DNA of 63,513 bases, counting the filler, from Ionaspis alba (Eukaryota), in the NCBI GenBank assembly GCA_964255285.1. It is 3 parts of 3 records of this genome, joined end to end, with 100 filler letters (N's around TTAATTAATTAA, not from the genome) between each part and the next. Parts side by side here need not be neighbours in the genome. Positions count along the whole stretch, not along the records: positions 1 to 21,186 come from CAXUUL010000229.1; positions 21,287 to 42,382 come from CAXUUL010000230.1; 1 more part is not named here. One strand, written 5' to 3'. Below the pieces are notes generated by a model. The model did no database searches. It saw only the letters and a list, made by a program, of their open reading frames with translations, and was not told where the DNA came from. Position numbers and translations under genes: made by a program. Below are positions 14,093 to 26,195 of the stretch, piece by piece. Every line of letters begins with the position of its first letter. The first letter of the stretch is position 1.

Positions 14093-15002
14093 ATGCCAGT
14101 AAGCCACTGCGACCGCAATCGATTTCCAGCTACTCAGGACCTTACTGATTCGCTCTACAGGCCTACCACTCAATGTTTCTGCAAGACCAGGATGTCAGGA
14201 TAATCGGTACTGCTCCCTCCTCTCGTTGCTTGTCTCCGAGGCCTCCGAATACGATTCCAAACAGGACTGTTCAGGGTTAAATAATCACCAGGCAATTTTG
14301 CTCTCCTTCCGTTACGCACACGGACTCGTGGACCAGCCTACACCCTTCCCCCACTCCCCTCTTCAACAGCTGCAATCGACGTCGACCCTGGAAGCGAATC
14401 CTACGATCCTCTGGATGAGGTCCTCTCATTCTTCCGTGCAAACACTTTCTTCCGGAATTTTGAGATCAAAGGTCCTGCCGATCGGTTATTGATATATGGC
14501 ATTCTCTTTGTGAGCGAGTGCTTAGGGAAGATCAGAAGCAGCATGAATAGTAGGGAAGCAGAGAAGGTAGCCTTCGTCCCGGCTTACCTCTGGAAGACTG
14601 GCGAGCGGGTTTAAGAAAGATCTATTGCTGATGTTTTATCGACTTAGGCACTCATGAATACAGCATTAGATCAGTTCGCAATACCAGGAGACGCGAGCTT
14701 TCCCTTAAATCAAGCATTTGAAGCACCTAGAGATAGGCAGGATGCGGAGACACTACGGCAGTAGGTTACCACCTATTGTGCGCGGAAGTCTAGGGAGTTA
14801 TTGACCTGGAGATGATAGATATCTGTCTCAAGTTCGGCAAGAATTAGCGATACGACTGCTGCAACGAGTATATGCCGGCGGGAATACCCCTTCAAAGGTA
14901 CGGAATCTAGCGGATATATATCTCTGCATTTATGCCTGCTAACAGATTTGGTAGTGGTGGTTAAGCTTTACGAAACGGAAATTTATGGGCAAATCTCTTT
15001 AG
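14093..15002 (+). CDS. ARC18: Arp2/3 complex 21 kDa subunit (multi-exon)
   Basis: Not in the ORF track. ATG CCA/intron/AYHSMFL, then LLPLRTRTRGPA, FRANTFFRNFEIKGPADRLLIYGILF, FAIPGDASFPLN, YLSQVRQEL and WWLSFTKRKFMGKSL*. Confidence 0.93.
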
Positions 15003-15084
15003 GAGCTAGGACTAGTGCAGCTAAAACATCAGTTTCTAGAAACATTCCTTTTGTAAAAACGTCGCCGATGACTCTGTGCTATAC

Positions 15085-16900
15085 TCATAGAGCCACGGCC
15101 GCCTCGTTCCCTGGGCTACCTGGAGTTTCGGATTCCTCCTTCACGTTCGTAGATCCAGGGCCCCCACTTACACCTAATTTCCTTCTCTTATAGGCCCCGC
15201 GAGCTTCGATCTTGCCCTCAGCAGGTAGAACTCTCGTGCCTGTAAAAACATAGCCTTCAGCCCCTCCTCTGCTGGTCATCAACGGGTGTGTTCGACCAGG
15301 TAGCACCTGCCATCTCCGACACTGCGCAGTCTGTATTGTAGGCGCAAGTAAAAGTGTAGGATTCAAGGGGAAATCGTCGTTCGGGATGTCTGTGGGGTCA
15401 TGAGTGTGTGTTAAATATGCCGTTCGTCGTGCTGTTGAGTAGTAGTCCACTAACTCAGCCAATGGCTCAACGGTTGGCGAGTACACGACAACCTGGGCTG
15501 CGCCACGGAGCAAAGGAACTGCGTGATGAAGTATCGTAGCTGGACTCATGACAGATGCAATGATTAAGCCATCGAAGCCTCCAGCACGAGTCTGGTCGAT
15601 TACTGATTTAACACGTTCCCATCGTCGCCGTTTTCGATAATATGTCCCTTTCTTGCCACTCCTCCAGGTCTGAATAATTTCGTCTGGGAAAGATTCGGGC
15701 TCCGTATATCCGGAATAGTCGTTGGGGGAAAGAAGTTGCAGCCAGGAGATTGTCCTCATGTGAGTGTACAAGGGATGTGTTCGTGTTGGATTTGTCATAT
15801 CGAACCCGAAATATGTCAATAAAGATAGATTTGGCTGTGATTGGGAGTGTAGCACGGTTATATTGTTTGAATCTGCAGACATAGCCGGTTTGTGGGTTGC
15901 ATGAGCATTTGGTCCAGCTACTGGCTTGGTCACTGCTGGCTGAGCTTCGTCAAGCCTGGTGTCGTTATGAGTGACGGCAGCTTCGAGCTCGTCTGAGGCG
16001 TTCGTCGAATCTTCTCGGGAAGGATACAATATCCCCATTCTCTCTGCCATGGCGGCTACTAGTAGTCCTCCTGTCTCATCCACAACGAGCCATCGGCCTC
16101 CACGACCTGTAGTAGATTGTTCGGAAGCACTATCCGAGTATATAGTATTGCTATAATGAACGTTCGACCAACTGCCAATAAGTGCCAATATCTCTTCCCG
16201 GATCTCCATGGTCTTCATTGGCTCCTTTTCGAACAGAATCCAGTTGGTCAACAACGGCACGTCCAGAGGGAGAACAGTGAACCTTCTGAGGTACTTTTTG
16301 GCTTTCCTTAAAGTGTATTTTGCCAGAGCGAAGGCGGTCTTTTGGGCCAAAGCCGAGTGCGATTCGAGTATTTTTGCAATCAGCTCTTTTCCAGAGCCAG
16401 TCTCCTCGCGCTTCAGAGCTTCTATGTCGTCCATAGAAAGCCTTTGCCTAGAAGTGTCGTCGATTGTCCGGCGATTCGTTCGCATAACAGCCTTCCCTTC
16501 AGCGTCGATAACATCATATTCAACACCACAGCCTCTCTCCACAATGTCCCCATTTGTCTCGTCCTGTGGGGTTGATGATTCGTCGTTATCGATCTCCGCA
16601 TTTAGTTCCGCGGCAGGCACAATTCTCAAGGGAAATTGAAAGATGTCATCAGTCTGGTCCACGATTTCGAATGTGTGATGATATGGACGTCCCAGTATAT
16701 GGTTTGCTTGGAAAGAGCCATGTTTTCCAAGAGAAATGGTTCTGGAAAGATTATTAGTCAATACACACAACAGTTCCAAGGGTGAGACTGCTCGCTCAAT
16801 GTCTGTCACTTACTTACGTATTGGGCACAACCTTGAGCACTTTCAGACTATCAGATGGTAAACGGAGGGCGATGTAGCTATCTGGCTGGATCGTCTCCAT
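15085..16900 (-). CDS. TRM6: tRNA (adenine-58-N1)-methyltransferase non-catalytic subunit Trm6/Gcd10 (1 intron near the 5' end)
   Basis: METIQPDSYIALRLPS.../TISLGKHGSF; KTAFALAKYTLRK; WLVVDETGGLLVAAMAERMG; WQVLPGRTHPLMTSRGGAEGY. Confidence 0.92.
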
Positions 16901-17365
16901 TATAAAACTTCAGGCATTGAATGCCTGCTCGCAGATGTTTGTCCACTTCCCTTTGCGCAGGGCGAGATATGAATGGACGGCGAATTCAAAAATGAAACTC
17001 TAGGCTTGGAGTAGAATATTTCAAATTCGAGCCAATAGCGATGGCAGGTTTAAGGCCAGCCCTATGATGTACTCTACGCAACCCCGGTCCTGTTATCGAT
17101 ATTGGCCGCGCGTGCATAGCGAGCACGAAAGCAGGAAACAAACTGTAGTTTAGTGGTCCGCTTGCGTGTACCCACTCACCATGAGCTGAAGATATATTTC
17201 GACTTTGCTCATGACCTCGCCGCTTAAGCTACAATTGTCGTCACTTTGTTGGCATACATCGCCCCCCCTGGCACTGCCTCGTCGACTCGCCTCAGAACGA
17301 AATATGCCCTGAGCTTCCTTCCTTAAATTCAGAAGCATCACCACGAGAGATCCACATTGACCATC

Positions 17366-20161
17366 ATGGTCACACGAAAATCCGTGGCAACAGCACAAAA
17401 TGCGCCCGAAAAAAGCCCCACAGCATTACCATACCCGATGTCTCCGAGCTCACCACAACGTGGTCAGAACTATCTTGAAGCCACCATGAACGAAGCTCCT
17501 AATGACGATCCGTGGGGGGAAAGAAAAGAACCACAACTTCAAACACGGCCGAAAGTGCCAAACCTACCAAGTATGTCAGATATAAGTGACGGATGGGTAG
17601 AAACAGGTGTACAAGGACATGAGTATAATTCGAAACTACCAACAACCAGTTTAAGAGGACAAGAAACGGAACCAGATGCTCTGCATAGTCGCAACTCGCC
17701 AGACATACCTGCGCTACTACGCGCAGGCCCACCGGAAGGTACACCACGGACCTCGTCCGAAAGTCAGCGATCTCGAGAGTCGTTTAGCAACGAGGTGCAA
17801 CACCAGCCCACGACAGCCCAGCCGACAAATCCATATCACCGAGCAAGAAGTTTGGAGCGTCGGACTCCCGATGTCTCTAAATCTCAGGAAGAGAGTAGTG
17901 TTGATATCTGGGCCGATCTGTCGAAAATTCCGCCTGTGCCAACATCAGCGCCTCCACCGCCGCCAGTTCAGCCGCCTCTGGACCCGTTCAAGGACCTGTC
18001 TATCTCCAAAGAATCGCATTACGATCGCCAGACCACGGGACCTTGGGCCGATGCCAATGCGTCCATACACCACGAACAGTCATATACTCCAATGACAGCG
18101 GAGCAATATCGAGCCGAAATCGCCACCCAAGCATCTCCATTCGCTGAAGATGCTTCTTTGCAGGAAGATCCATATGTGGATCATGCAGGATGGTCAGATC
18201 AAGCAGGGCACAGTCCGCTAAATGTGCAGCGCGTGAATAGCAATCCTTTTGAATTGGACAGCCTCTCGCCACAGTTACAAAAACCCCTTCCAAACACTCA
18301 AAACAGTGCGTCGAAAGACCTTCCAGACCTGCCTCAGAGACATACAGAAGTGCTTCCTCCAGACCTACCACCGCGTAGATCTCATGAGGAAGAAGCTCCG
18401 CCAATCCAACCTCCCCGACCAGATCCAACTCAACGTTCTTTTGCCACATCGCAAGATGGCCCTCCCAGATCCGATGCAGATACAGAACAATCGAGAGCTA
18501 CGAAACAACGAAGCGAGACTTACCAAATCAAGCATGTCAGGTGGTTGGATTCTTCCTCTGGTGGAACGAGAATTTCACCAATCATGGTACAGAATGCCAA
18601 TGGTCCTTGTCCGCTCCTTGCACTGGTCAATGCCTTGACTCTGTCGACATCGGCAAACACCAGTACAGCATTGGTTGAAACACTACGAGTTCGTGAGCAG
18701 GTCAGCCTTGGTTTGCTCCTTGATGCGGTCTTTGACGAGCTCATGTCTGGGAGACGAGGAGATGCTGCTCAAGAATTACCTGATGTTGCTGACCTCTATT
18801 CCTTCTTGGTAACTTTGCATACTGGCATGAATGTAAACCCTAGGTTTGTGAATCCTCAACAACCGAATCTGATAGATGGTCTATCCCCGGTATATGAGAA
18901 CCGGAGACCTGGAGGTTTCGAGGAGACGAAAGAAATGAACCTTTACAGCACCTTCTCGGTTCCTTTGATACATGGATGGCTACCGCCACAATCTCACCCT
19001 GCATATGCCGCTCTTCAACGTTCAGCTAAGACCTACGAAGACGCGCAAAATCTCATGTTCCGAGAAGAAGAGCTCGAGGACAAACTCCAGCACCATGGTC
19101 TAAGCCACGAAGAACAAGTCCTCCTCGAAGATATCGCCAGCATAAAATACTTCCTCTCTTCATCCGCAACTCAACTTACAGGTTACGGTCTAGACACAAT
19201 CACCAAAGCGCTTCTCCCCGGCTCAATCGCCATCCTCTTCCGTAACGATCACTTCAGCACTCTCTATAAGCACCCCCGCTCTGGCCAACTCCTCACTCTC
19301 GTAACTGACATGGGCTACGCCGGCCACGAAGAAGTCGTCTGGGAAAGCCTAGTCGACATCAACGGCGAAGGCAGCACCTTTTTCGCTGGCGACTTCCGAC
19401 CCGTCGGCACAACACCATCCGCTCCACCTCCCACCAACTCCGAATCGGGCTGGACAACAGTCAGCCACTCCCGGCAGCGTCCTCCAAATAACGCCCGCCC
19501 CTCAAACGGTACCACCCACACATCGAACCCACAGCGCCTCCCAACTCCCCCCTCAGAACCCTACAATATCCTTCCCTCCCCCACAACCGAACAAGAAGAC
19601 CACGACCTAGCACTCGCCCTCCAGCTTCAAGAAGAAGAAGACGAACGCTCCCGCTCCTCCCTCGCCCGCCGCCGCGAAGAGGCCAGTCTCTCCCGCGCCT
19701 ACCTCGATTCCGAATCTCCACCTGCTCCCCTCCGCCGCACCGGCCCAAATAGCTCCCGCTCGCAGCAGTCGCAGATCGTCCGGCCCCTCGTCCCTCCCCG
19801 CGGTGGCAGTGTCGCTGCCAACGCAACTCGCCGTCCCCCACCCCAGCGCGAGACTGTAAGGCCGGATTCTGAAGCAGGCGATGATGCCCCGCCCCCGAGC
19901 TACGAGCAGGCTGCGAAGACGAAACCGTATTTACCACCCGGTGGGCAACCCGGGTATGGGAGTCCGACCATTGGAGCGCCAGGGGGCAGAGCGAGGGGGC
20001 AGAGTGCTTATTCGCAGCATGCCGGGGTGGGGACAGGACCGTCGGTACATAGGGTGAATAGTGCGGGTCCTGTGGGAGGATTGGATGGGACGATGCCGAG
20101 GAGGAGGAGTGTGGCTTATTTGGACGAGGATAGTAGGCAGAGGGACTGTGTTGTTATGTAG
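17366..20161 (+). CDS. MINDY-family (DUF544) deubiquitinase
   Basis: Catalytic motifs QNANGPCPLLAL and FRNDHFSTL, LVTDMGY, MIU-like EDHDLALALQLQEEE, PPxY (PPPSYEQ), C-terminal CaaX (CVVM). Confidence 0.88.
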   Translation: MVTRKSVATAQNAPEKSPTALPYPMSPSSPQRGQNYLEATMNEAPNDDPWGERKEPQLQTRPKVPNLPSMSDISDGWVETGVQGHEYNSKLPTTSLRGQETEPDALHSRNSPDIPALLRAGPPEGTPRTSSESQRSRESFSNEVQHQPTTAQPTNPYHRARSLERRTPDVSKSQEESSVDIWADLSKIPPVPTSAPPPPPVQPPLDPFKDLSISKESHYDRQTTGPWADANASIHHEQSYTPMTAEQYRAEIATQASPFAEDASLQEDPYVDHAGWSDQAGHSPLNVQRVNSNPFELDSLSPQLQKPLPNTQNSASKDLPDLPQRHTEVLPPDLPPRRSHEEEAPPIQPPRPDPTQRSFATSQDGPPRSDADTEQSRATKQRSETYQIKHVRWLDSSSGGTRISPIMVQNANGPCPLLALVNALTLSTSANTSTALVETLRVREQVSLGLLLDAVFDELMSGRRGDAAQELPDVADLYSFLVTLHTGMNVNPRFVNPQQPNLIDGLSPVYENRRPGGFEETKEMNLYSTFSVPLIHGWLPPQSHPAYAALQRSAKTYEDAQNLMFREEELEDKLQHHGLSHEEQVLLEDIASIKYFLSSSATQLTGYGLDTITKALLPGSIAILFRNDHFSTLYKHPRSGQLLTLVTDMGYAGHEEVVWESLVDINGEGSTFFAGDFRPVGTTPSAPPPTNSESGWTTVSHSRQRPPNNARPSNGTTHTSNPQRLPTPPSEPYNILPSPTTEQEDHDLALALQLQEEEDERSRSSLARRREEASLSRAYLDSESPPAPLRRTGPNSSRSQQSQIVRPLVPPRGGSVAANATRRPPPQRETVRPDSEAGDDAPPPSYEQAAKTKPYLPPGGQPGYGSPTIGAPGGRARGQSAYSQHAGVGTGPSVHRVNSAGPVGGLDGTMPRRRSVAYLDEDSRQRDCVVM

Positions 20162-20687
20162 GTGGTTTTTGGTTTTCGTTATGCTTAGGGTAGAGGGGGG
20201 CGGGAGAAGATGCATGAGTTTGTAGGATTTATAGCTAGAGGCATTTGGGGAAATTGGGCATGGGCTGTTCGTTTGGGACAGTCGCTTTTGGACGTCGGAG
20301 AAACGCTATATCTTTAGACTCTGCTGAGATAGACGTCGTTGAATTCACGAACTGATGCTGGGCTTTAAATGCGTCTAAGAGGATTTCAAATATGCTCTTC
20401 TGTGAATTTGCTGAATTAGATATCAAAGCGCTCCTGCGTACAGAAAGTCATGACGCTGTCGTCCTCATGTTCGTGTGCTACTCGCTCCCACGCTTGCAAA
20501 CAGGAATTAAAATTCAACCAACCTCTGAACCCGCTCTCATTCTAATACTCAAGGCTTCGAAAATACTCGCAACAAAAAAACTCATTGCGTTCATCACCCT
20601 ACCGTCCCTCATCTCTTCGTGCTCAATCTTCATCCTCAATTCTCATATCCCATACCTCATACCCATCCCACATTCCCCACGACCATC

Positions 20688-21186
20688 TCACCTCCTGTCC
20701 TCAAACCTCCTCCCCCCATCCCCTTGCTGCCCAGCCTGCTGTCCGTAACCACCCTGCCCACCATACCCAGGCGGAGTAAACGTCCTGGGATCCTCCCTCC
20801 TCTGCAAGTCCTGCTGCCTCAGCGCCTCCTGCCTCATCCTGCTCTCCTGCCTCATCATCTCTTCCTGGCGCATCAGTCCCTCCTGCCTCATAGCTTCCTG
20901 CTGCTGCTGCTCGCGACGTATCGCCTCCTGCCTCATGGCCTCCTCGTGCTGTTGTTGCTGGTGCTGGCGGAGCATATGCTCGTGCTGCTGCAAGGTCGAG
21001 GGCGGAAACCCAGTTTGCGGGCGAGGTTGTTGTGGCTGGAGTGGATGGGCTTGTAGAGGTGGGGGCGGCTGTTGTTGGTGGTTATGGGGTTGGATTTGGG
21101 CGTAGGGTGAGGGTTTGAGGACTTGAATTGGCTGCTGGGTCGGGTGCAAGATGTTGTAGGAGGTGGAGCGGTGGTGGGTGGGGTTG
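20688..21186 (-). CDS. 3' fragment of a Gln/Pro-rich protein with MRQE repeats; 5' end lost at the scaffold end
   Basis: Frame is open from the gap to stop 20688; low-complexity Q/P/H sequence typical of fungal regulatory-protein C-termini. Confidence 0.6.
20805..20945 (-). repeat. Imperfect coding tandem repeat (ATGAGGCAGGAG; xxMRQE)
   Basis: The + strand shows ctcctgcctcat four times plus variants; translation EAMRQEAIRREQQQQEAMRQEGLMRQEEMMRQESRMRQEALRQQ. Confidence 0.8.
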
Positions 21187-21286
21187 NNNNNNNNNNNNNN
21201 NNNNNNNNNNNNNNNNNNNNNNNNNNNNNNTTAATTAATTAANNNNNNNNNNNNNNNNNNNNNNNNNNNNNNNNNNNNNNNNNNNN
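21187..21286. other. Artificial scaffold-joining spacer N44-TTAATTAATTAA-N44
   Basis: A palindromic 12-mer with stops in all six frames, centred in Ns; identical to the spacer at 42383. Confidence 0.95.
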
Positions 21287-21287
21287 A

Positions 21288-23349
21288 TCAAGCAATAACA
21301 GACTTCTCCCTCTCCTCGAAGACCAGCTCCAATTTCCCCGGCACAGACGTAAATTGATCAAGGGTATCCCGCCAAACGGCCACACCGTCCTCTCCTGGCG
21401 CGAAGCTGATATTGTATTTGCTCACGAGCAAGGCGACAACGAAGCGGAGCTCAGACAAAGCGAGATTCTTTCCTACGCAAGCGTAGCGGCCTAGGTGTAG
21501 GTCATGATGTTAGTAATGTCACCCGAATTATTCTTGCCCATTAAGCCATAGGGATCAGAAGTACCTTGGGAGAACGGGGCAAACGCCCTCCGATCCTGTA
21601 TAAGTTCCGGCTGCGAGTACCATCTCTCCGGCAGAAATTCCTGTGCTCGTGGGAACGCACTTTCCACTACGGACATTGTCAGTCATCTCTTGTCTTTTCA
21701 GCTCTGGTCGGCGAGATATCGAAAAACAGGCACTCACATCTTCCAATCGTAAATCTCGGCGCCACAATCGTCACACCTCCCGGAAGATGTCTCCCTCCAA
21801 CTTCAATCCCCTCAGGTGGTGTATCCCGGAAACCTCCCGTCGGCACAGGCGGATAAAGCCGCAAGGTTTCGTTAAGAACACCGTTGAGGTGAGGAAGGGC
21901 TGCTAGACCTTTGAGGTCGTAGATGGAGGAGAGGGTGGCGAGTTCGGATCGGATGACAGAGGCGTGGTTCGGGGAGGCGGCGAGGTGGTAGAAGGTATAG
22001 ACGAGGGTGAGGGCTACGGTGTCGCTGCCTGCGACGACCATGGCGAGGGAGTCGCCATGCAGCCAGTAGGTATCTTCTGCCAGGGTACCTTTCTCGGCCG
22101 AGGCGGCTATGAGCCAGGAGGATATCTGGGTCACTGTGTCAGCGAGCTATTATGATTCTGTTCAGGAGAGATCCTCACATCTGTTTTATCGCCTTCCATC
22201 TGAAATGTGATACAAAATTAATATTAGCCACCAATCCAAATCTACCCCTGAAGTATCCACTGTCGCTGATACTTACAGCTATCCGCTCCGTCATTAAATT
22301 CATCGACCAAGTCCTCATCTTCTTCCAATCCCGCACAATCGGTATTCCGGGGATACTGAAGAACAACCTCGCCAGCCACGGTACAGGGCTCAAAGGCCCA
22401 AGCAACGCAAGGCCCCCTCTGAGCAGAACAATCGCATGATGCCATTGTCGATCATGGAGCATGCGGAAGGATCTCGCAAATGCCAAATCCCCCATAACAT
22501 CGAAGCTGAAGAAGTAGAACCAGGTCGAGGCGTCGACCGGTTTGCCCGTGGAAGCGGCGATGATTCGCTCGAGTTGATGGGCGATATCTACCATGCGTGC
22601 TTCGTATCCGGCCAGAGCTATAATACCGTTACGTCAGCCAAAGGTTAGTTGAAAGGTTGGTACTTGGTAGTCTCGGACCTTTGAAGCTGAATCCGTGTTC
22701 CCAGACCCGACGACGCTGATCGTGTGCTTGCTTATCTCGCGTTGTATTCATAGCCACTTCCGGCAAGAGGAAGTCGTACCAGGCGGTCTTGGTACAGGGA
22801 TTGTCGCGGCCATTGACCGCTGGTAGGACTTCCGGTAGGTAGACGGTGAGTTCATTGGGCCCTTTCAAAGAAAATAAGCATAAGTTGGATGGGATCTTGA
22901 TACATGTGTACAGGAGTCGTCCACGTACCAGTCCGCACGAAATCTCCATATTTCTTATGTAACCCATCCAAGAGCAAATGATTCCTCGAATCCAAAACCT
23001 TTGACACCTGCCAGAACTTGGTGACGCCGGCCCAGAAGGGGCCGGGATACTTCCGTAGCTGGTGAAAGAAGATACGATAAATTAAGATACTGGTGAACAG
23101 CGGCAAGACGTAGGCACTTATGACTAAAGAGCTTTCACCCAGAGCCAATCGAACTCTGTATTCGTTCAACCATAGGTGGAACAGGAATAGAAACGCTGCT
23201 GCCAGGACATAGGCTCTGAGTAGCATAGGGCCTCGCATATGATGCTCGCCATGGATGAAAAACAATAGGTGGGACGCCAGGCCCGCGGCAGCGGAGACGA
23301 AGACTTGAAACAGCAAGAAAGCGTGCGGTGAATTGAGCAAAGAGAGCAT
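21288..23349 (-). CDS. Cytochrome P450, secondary-metabolism type (7 exons incl. a 21-nt exon)
   Basis: N-terminal TM helices, YPGPF, HKKYGDFVRT/GPNEL, I-helix AGSDT, ExxR (ETLR), PERW, heme motif FSQ/GRYACVG. All junctions in frame; TGA at 21290-21288. Confidence 0.93.
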
Positions 23350-24236
23350 TTTTGCAAGTCTTTGCTTGGTTAGGAACAATGCACGAAACACGTAGAGAAG
23401 ACGTTGGGAAGACCGAAGGAAGGAAAAGATACAATAATAATAGGATACTCAATCGACCTGCATGGGAGGATTATTCCATGCTCCTCTAGAGCATGGGTGT
23501 CCTGCATCGCCTGGACAATCAATGTCAATGCATCTTGGTCATTGGACCCATCTCGATTGTCCTAAGCCATGCTGCTGCATAACAGAGCTCACGGACGATA
23601 GCTACTCAGACTGTACGACGTCGAAGAAAGCATAAGGGTTGTTGGGGTAAGGATGTAGGATGCAAATGACGAATGCTTCTTGTCGTTGCCCTGCGCTTGC
23701 TAGGGTAAACAGATTTGATAGAGCTACACCCCAGCCTAAAGGATTGCGCGGCACTACTGCAGGTCTGGACCTGGGGGAGCCCATTGGTGTCGACAATCCT
23801 GCGGTTGATGTGAGGGCTGGCTGCTGGACTTTCGTTGGATTCGGGAGCTGAAAAGAAAATTTGTCACTTGATGCGCAAGGACGGCTGAGCATGCAAAGAC
23901 GGGAAATTCGGCAATTCCCATCCAACAACACGTGGAAGAATTGGAGCCGGCTGGGAAAGAATAGTCGTGGAGGCTCAGAGTCAATTGTTCCAGGTGATGG
24001 AGTAGGAATGTTGGTTGTCGAGTCTTTTCCTATACAATGGTTATCATATCTAATACACCTTATACTAGCTGGGTAATTCTATTGCCACACGTATATAGCG
24101 CGGCTGGCCAGGTATTGTGTGTAGTACAGACCACTGCCTGAATCTCTTCCAATAGCCAAGATCTATTCTCACAGCACAAACACGCTATGGACCGTCCAGT
24201 CAGGCCGTCCTTTTCACCCATCACCTGAACATCGCT

Positions 24237-26195
24237 CTACACGGACAAGCTTGTTAGGCCATAGTCCTCCTTGACCAGATCCGCCGCCCTCTCCGCGACG
24301 GCATAAACCGTCGCTACGGGGTTCCCCCTCGTGATCAACGGAATCACACTCGCATCCACAATCCTTAAACCCTTTGTCCCGTGCACCCTCAATCTCTCGT
24401 CCACAACTCCTCCACTCTCCCGCGGCATCATCGCACACGTGCCCACGGGATGCCAGATAGAGCAAATGCTATCACGGAGATAGTCCTTCGTAGCAGCTAG
24501 GTCGGTAGCAATGTGTGCCTCGGCTGCATGTGCGTTGCGCCGACCCGAAGGTTTGAGATAGGAAGCCAATGGTTCTGTGGCAGCGAGCGTTTCGAGGAAT
24601 TGGGTGTATCGTGCCAGGATCTCGATATCGAGAGGATGGCTGAGGTATTTCGGGTCAAGGGTGGGGGCCGCATTTGGGTCGCCGGAGCTGATGTGGACGC
24701 TGCCTCGTGAGAACGGATGAAGGAGGGCGGCACCGAGGGTGAGAAAATTGCCTGGTTGCAGGTTTTCGAGATAGGCGGTTGCGCTGGGGCGGTTTTGGTG
24801 CGCAGAGCTGGGCGGATTGTGGAAGTTGGTTTGGCAGAGGTACATGAATAGGCCGGCTGAGCCTTCCTTGGGGTTTTCGAGGGTGGATCGTATGATTTCA
24901 AACTGTTTCTCCGCGCCCTGAGACAGCTTTCGAGTGTCGGTCGAGTTGAGAATTTGATCCAGTAACGTGCTCAAGTTGTCCTTCTCTTTTTGCTCGAGGC
25001 AGTCCACGAGAGGCATGAAGGCATTGGAGTTGACACCACCCATACTGAAGGGTCCTGCCTGGCTAGTCTGGTATGCTTGCATTGCTGCTCCAATGACTGT
25101 CGGATTTCCTCTTGCCAGATCGTCAACTGTTTGAACCCCCTCTTTGACCTCAAAGCTGATGCCTCCCATGATATGGTCCTGTAAATTCTCTCCGACGTTT
25201 GGATTTCCAACATGCACAGGAATAGATTGCGCTTGCAGCACATCTGGATTCCCAATACCGGAAAGTTCGAGCAGTTTCGGAGTCAACAAAGCACCAGCTG
25301 CTAGAACGACCTCTTTACGAGCTTTCACTGCCTGCGTCTTTCCATCTTTGGTGTACTGAACACCTGTAGCAGTGACATTGCCATCTTCGTTCCCTAATAC
25401 CACTTTTTCGACCAATGCTCCTGTCGTCATGTGCAGATTCGGCCTGTCCTTGGCAGGGAGATAGTATGCCGTGACAGCATAGCTTCGTGTTTTCGTCTTC
25501 GGGTCAATCGTAGCTGGATTGCTAAATCCACCCACGGTCTGTCCGGAGAACGGGTCGCCAGTAGCCTTTTGGTTGAGCGTCTTGAAAGTATCGATCCATG
25601 CCTTTGTCAATGGCTCATCTAGTACATCACTAAATGAGGCCTGGATTGGGCCCGACTTGCCTGCTGCCCTATCATCGTTGTAATCGATTCCCAAGTGCTG
25701 TCTCAGAGGTTCTGAGGGAAGTGATATTGTTTGAGATTTCGCGTAGTAGGGTGCCAGTGTTTGCCAGTCCCATCCAGGATTGCCGAGTGAGTTCCAAGCA
25801 TCGAGGCCGGCTTTTGATTGAGCGATGAGTGCCTGCCCGTTGATGGCACTTGAACCTCCTAGTACCCGGCCCTGGGGATATGGTATAGATCTCCCGTTGA
25901 AGCCTTCCTATGACGCAGGACACGTCAGTCAATCGTTACCGCCAGTCAAAAGTGAACAGGCCACGGAAAGTATTACCTGAGGTGTAGTGGTGAAGTTCCA
26001 GCTGACATCGCTATTCGGTGCTAGCAAAGATCGCCAGAGGGCTGGTATAGCGACTCTTGGATCCTCAAGCCGAGTCTCACCTGCTTCAAGTACTAGGACC
26101 TGGCAATTGGGATCCTCGGTCAAACGAGCTGCCACCACCAAGCCAGCCGTACCACCACCGACAACAACAAAATCATACTCGAAATTCTCCATCAT
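24237..26195 (-). CDS. GMC (AA3) FAD-dependent oxidoreductase (1 intron from 25976)
   Basis: YDFVVVGGGTAGLVVAARL, LEAG, GRVLGGSSAING, VGENLQDH, WHPVGTCAM, VVDERLRVHG, GLRIVDASVIP...GN. No signal peptide seen. Confidence 0.93.

Noticed and set aside
21231..21242. Palindrome TTAATTAATTAA (also at 42427-42438)
   Set aside because: Synthetic six-frame stop linker, not biological.
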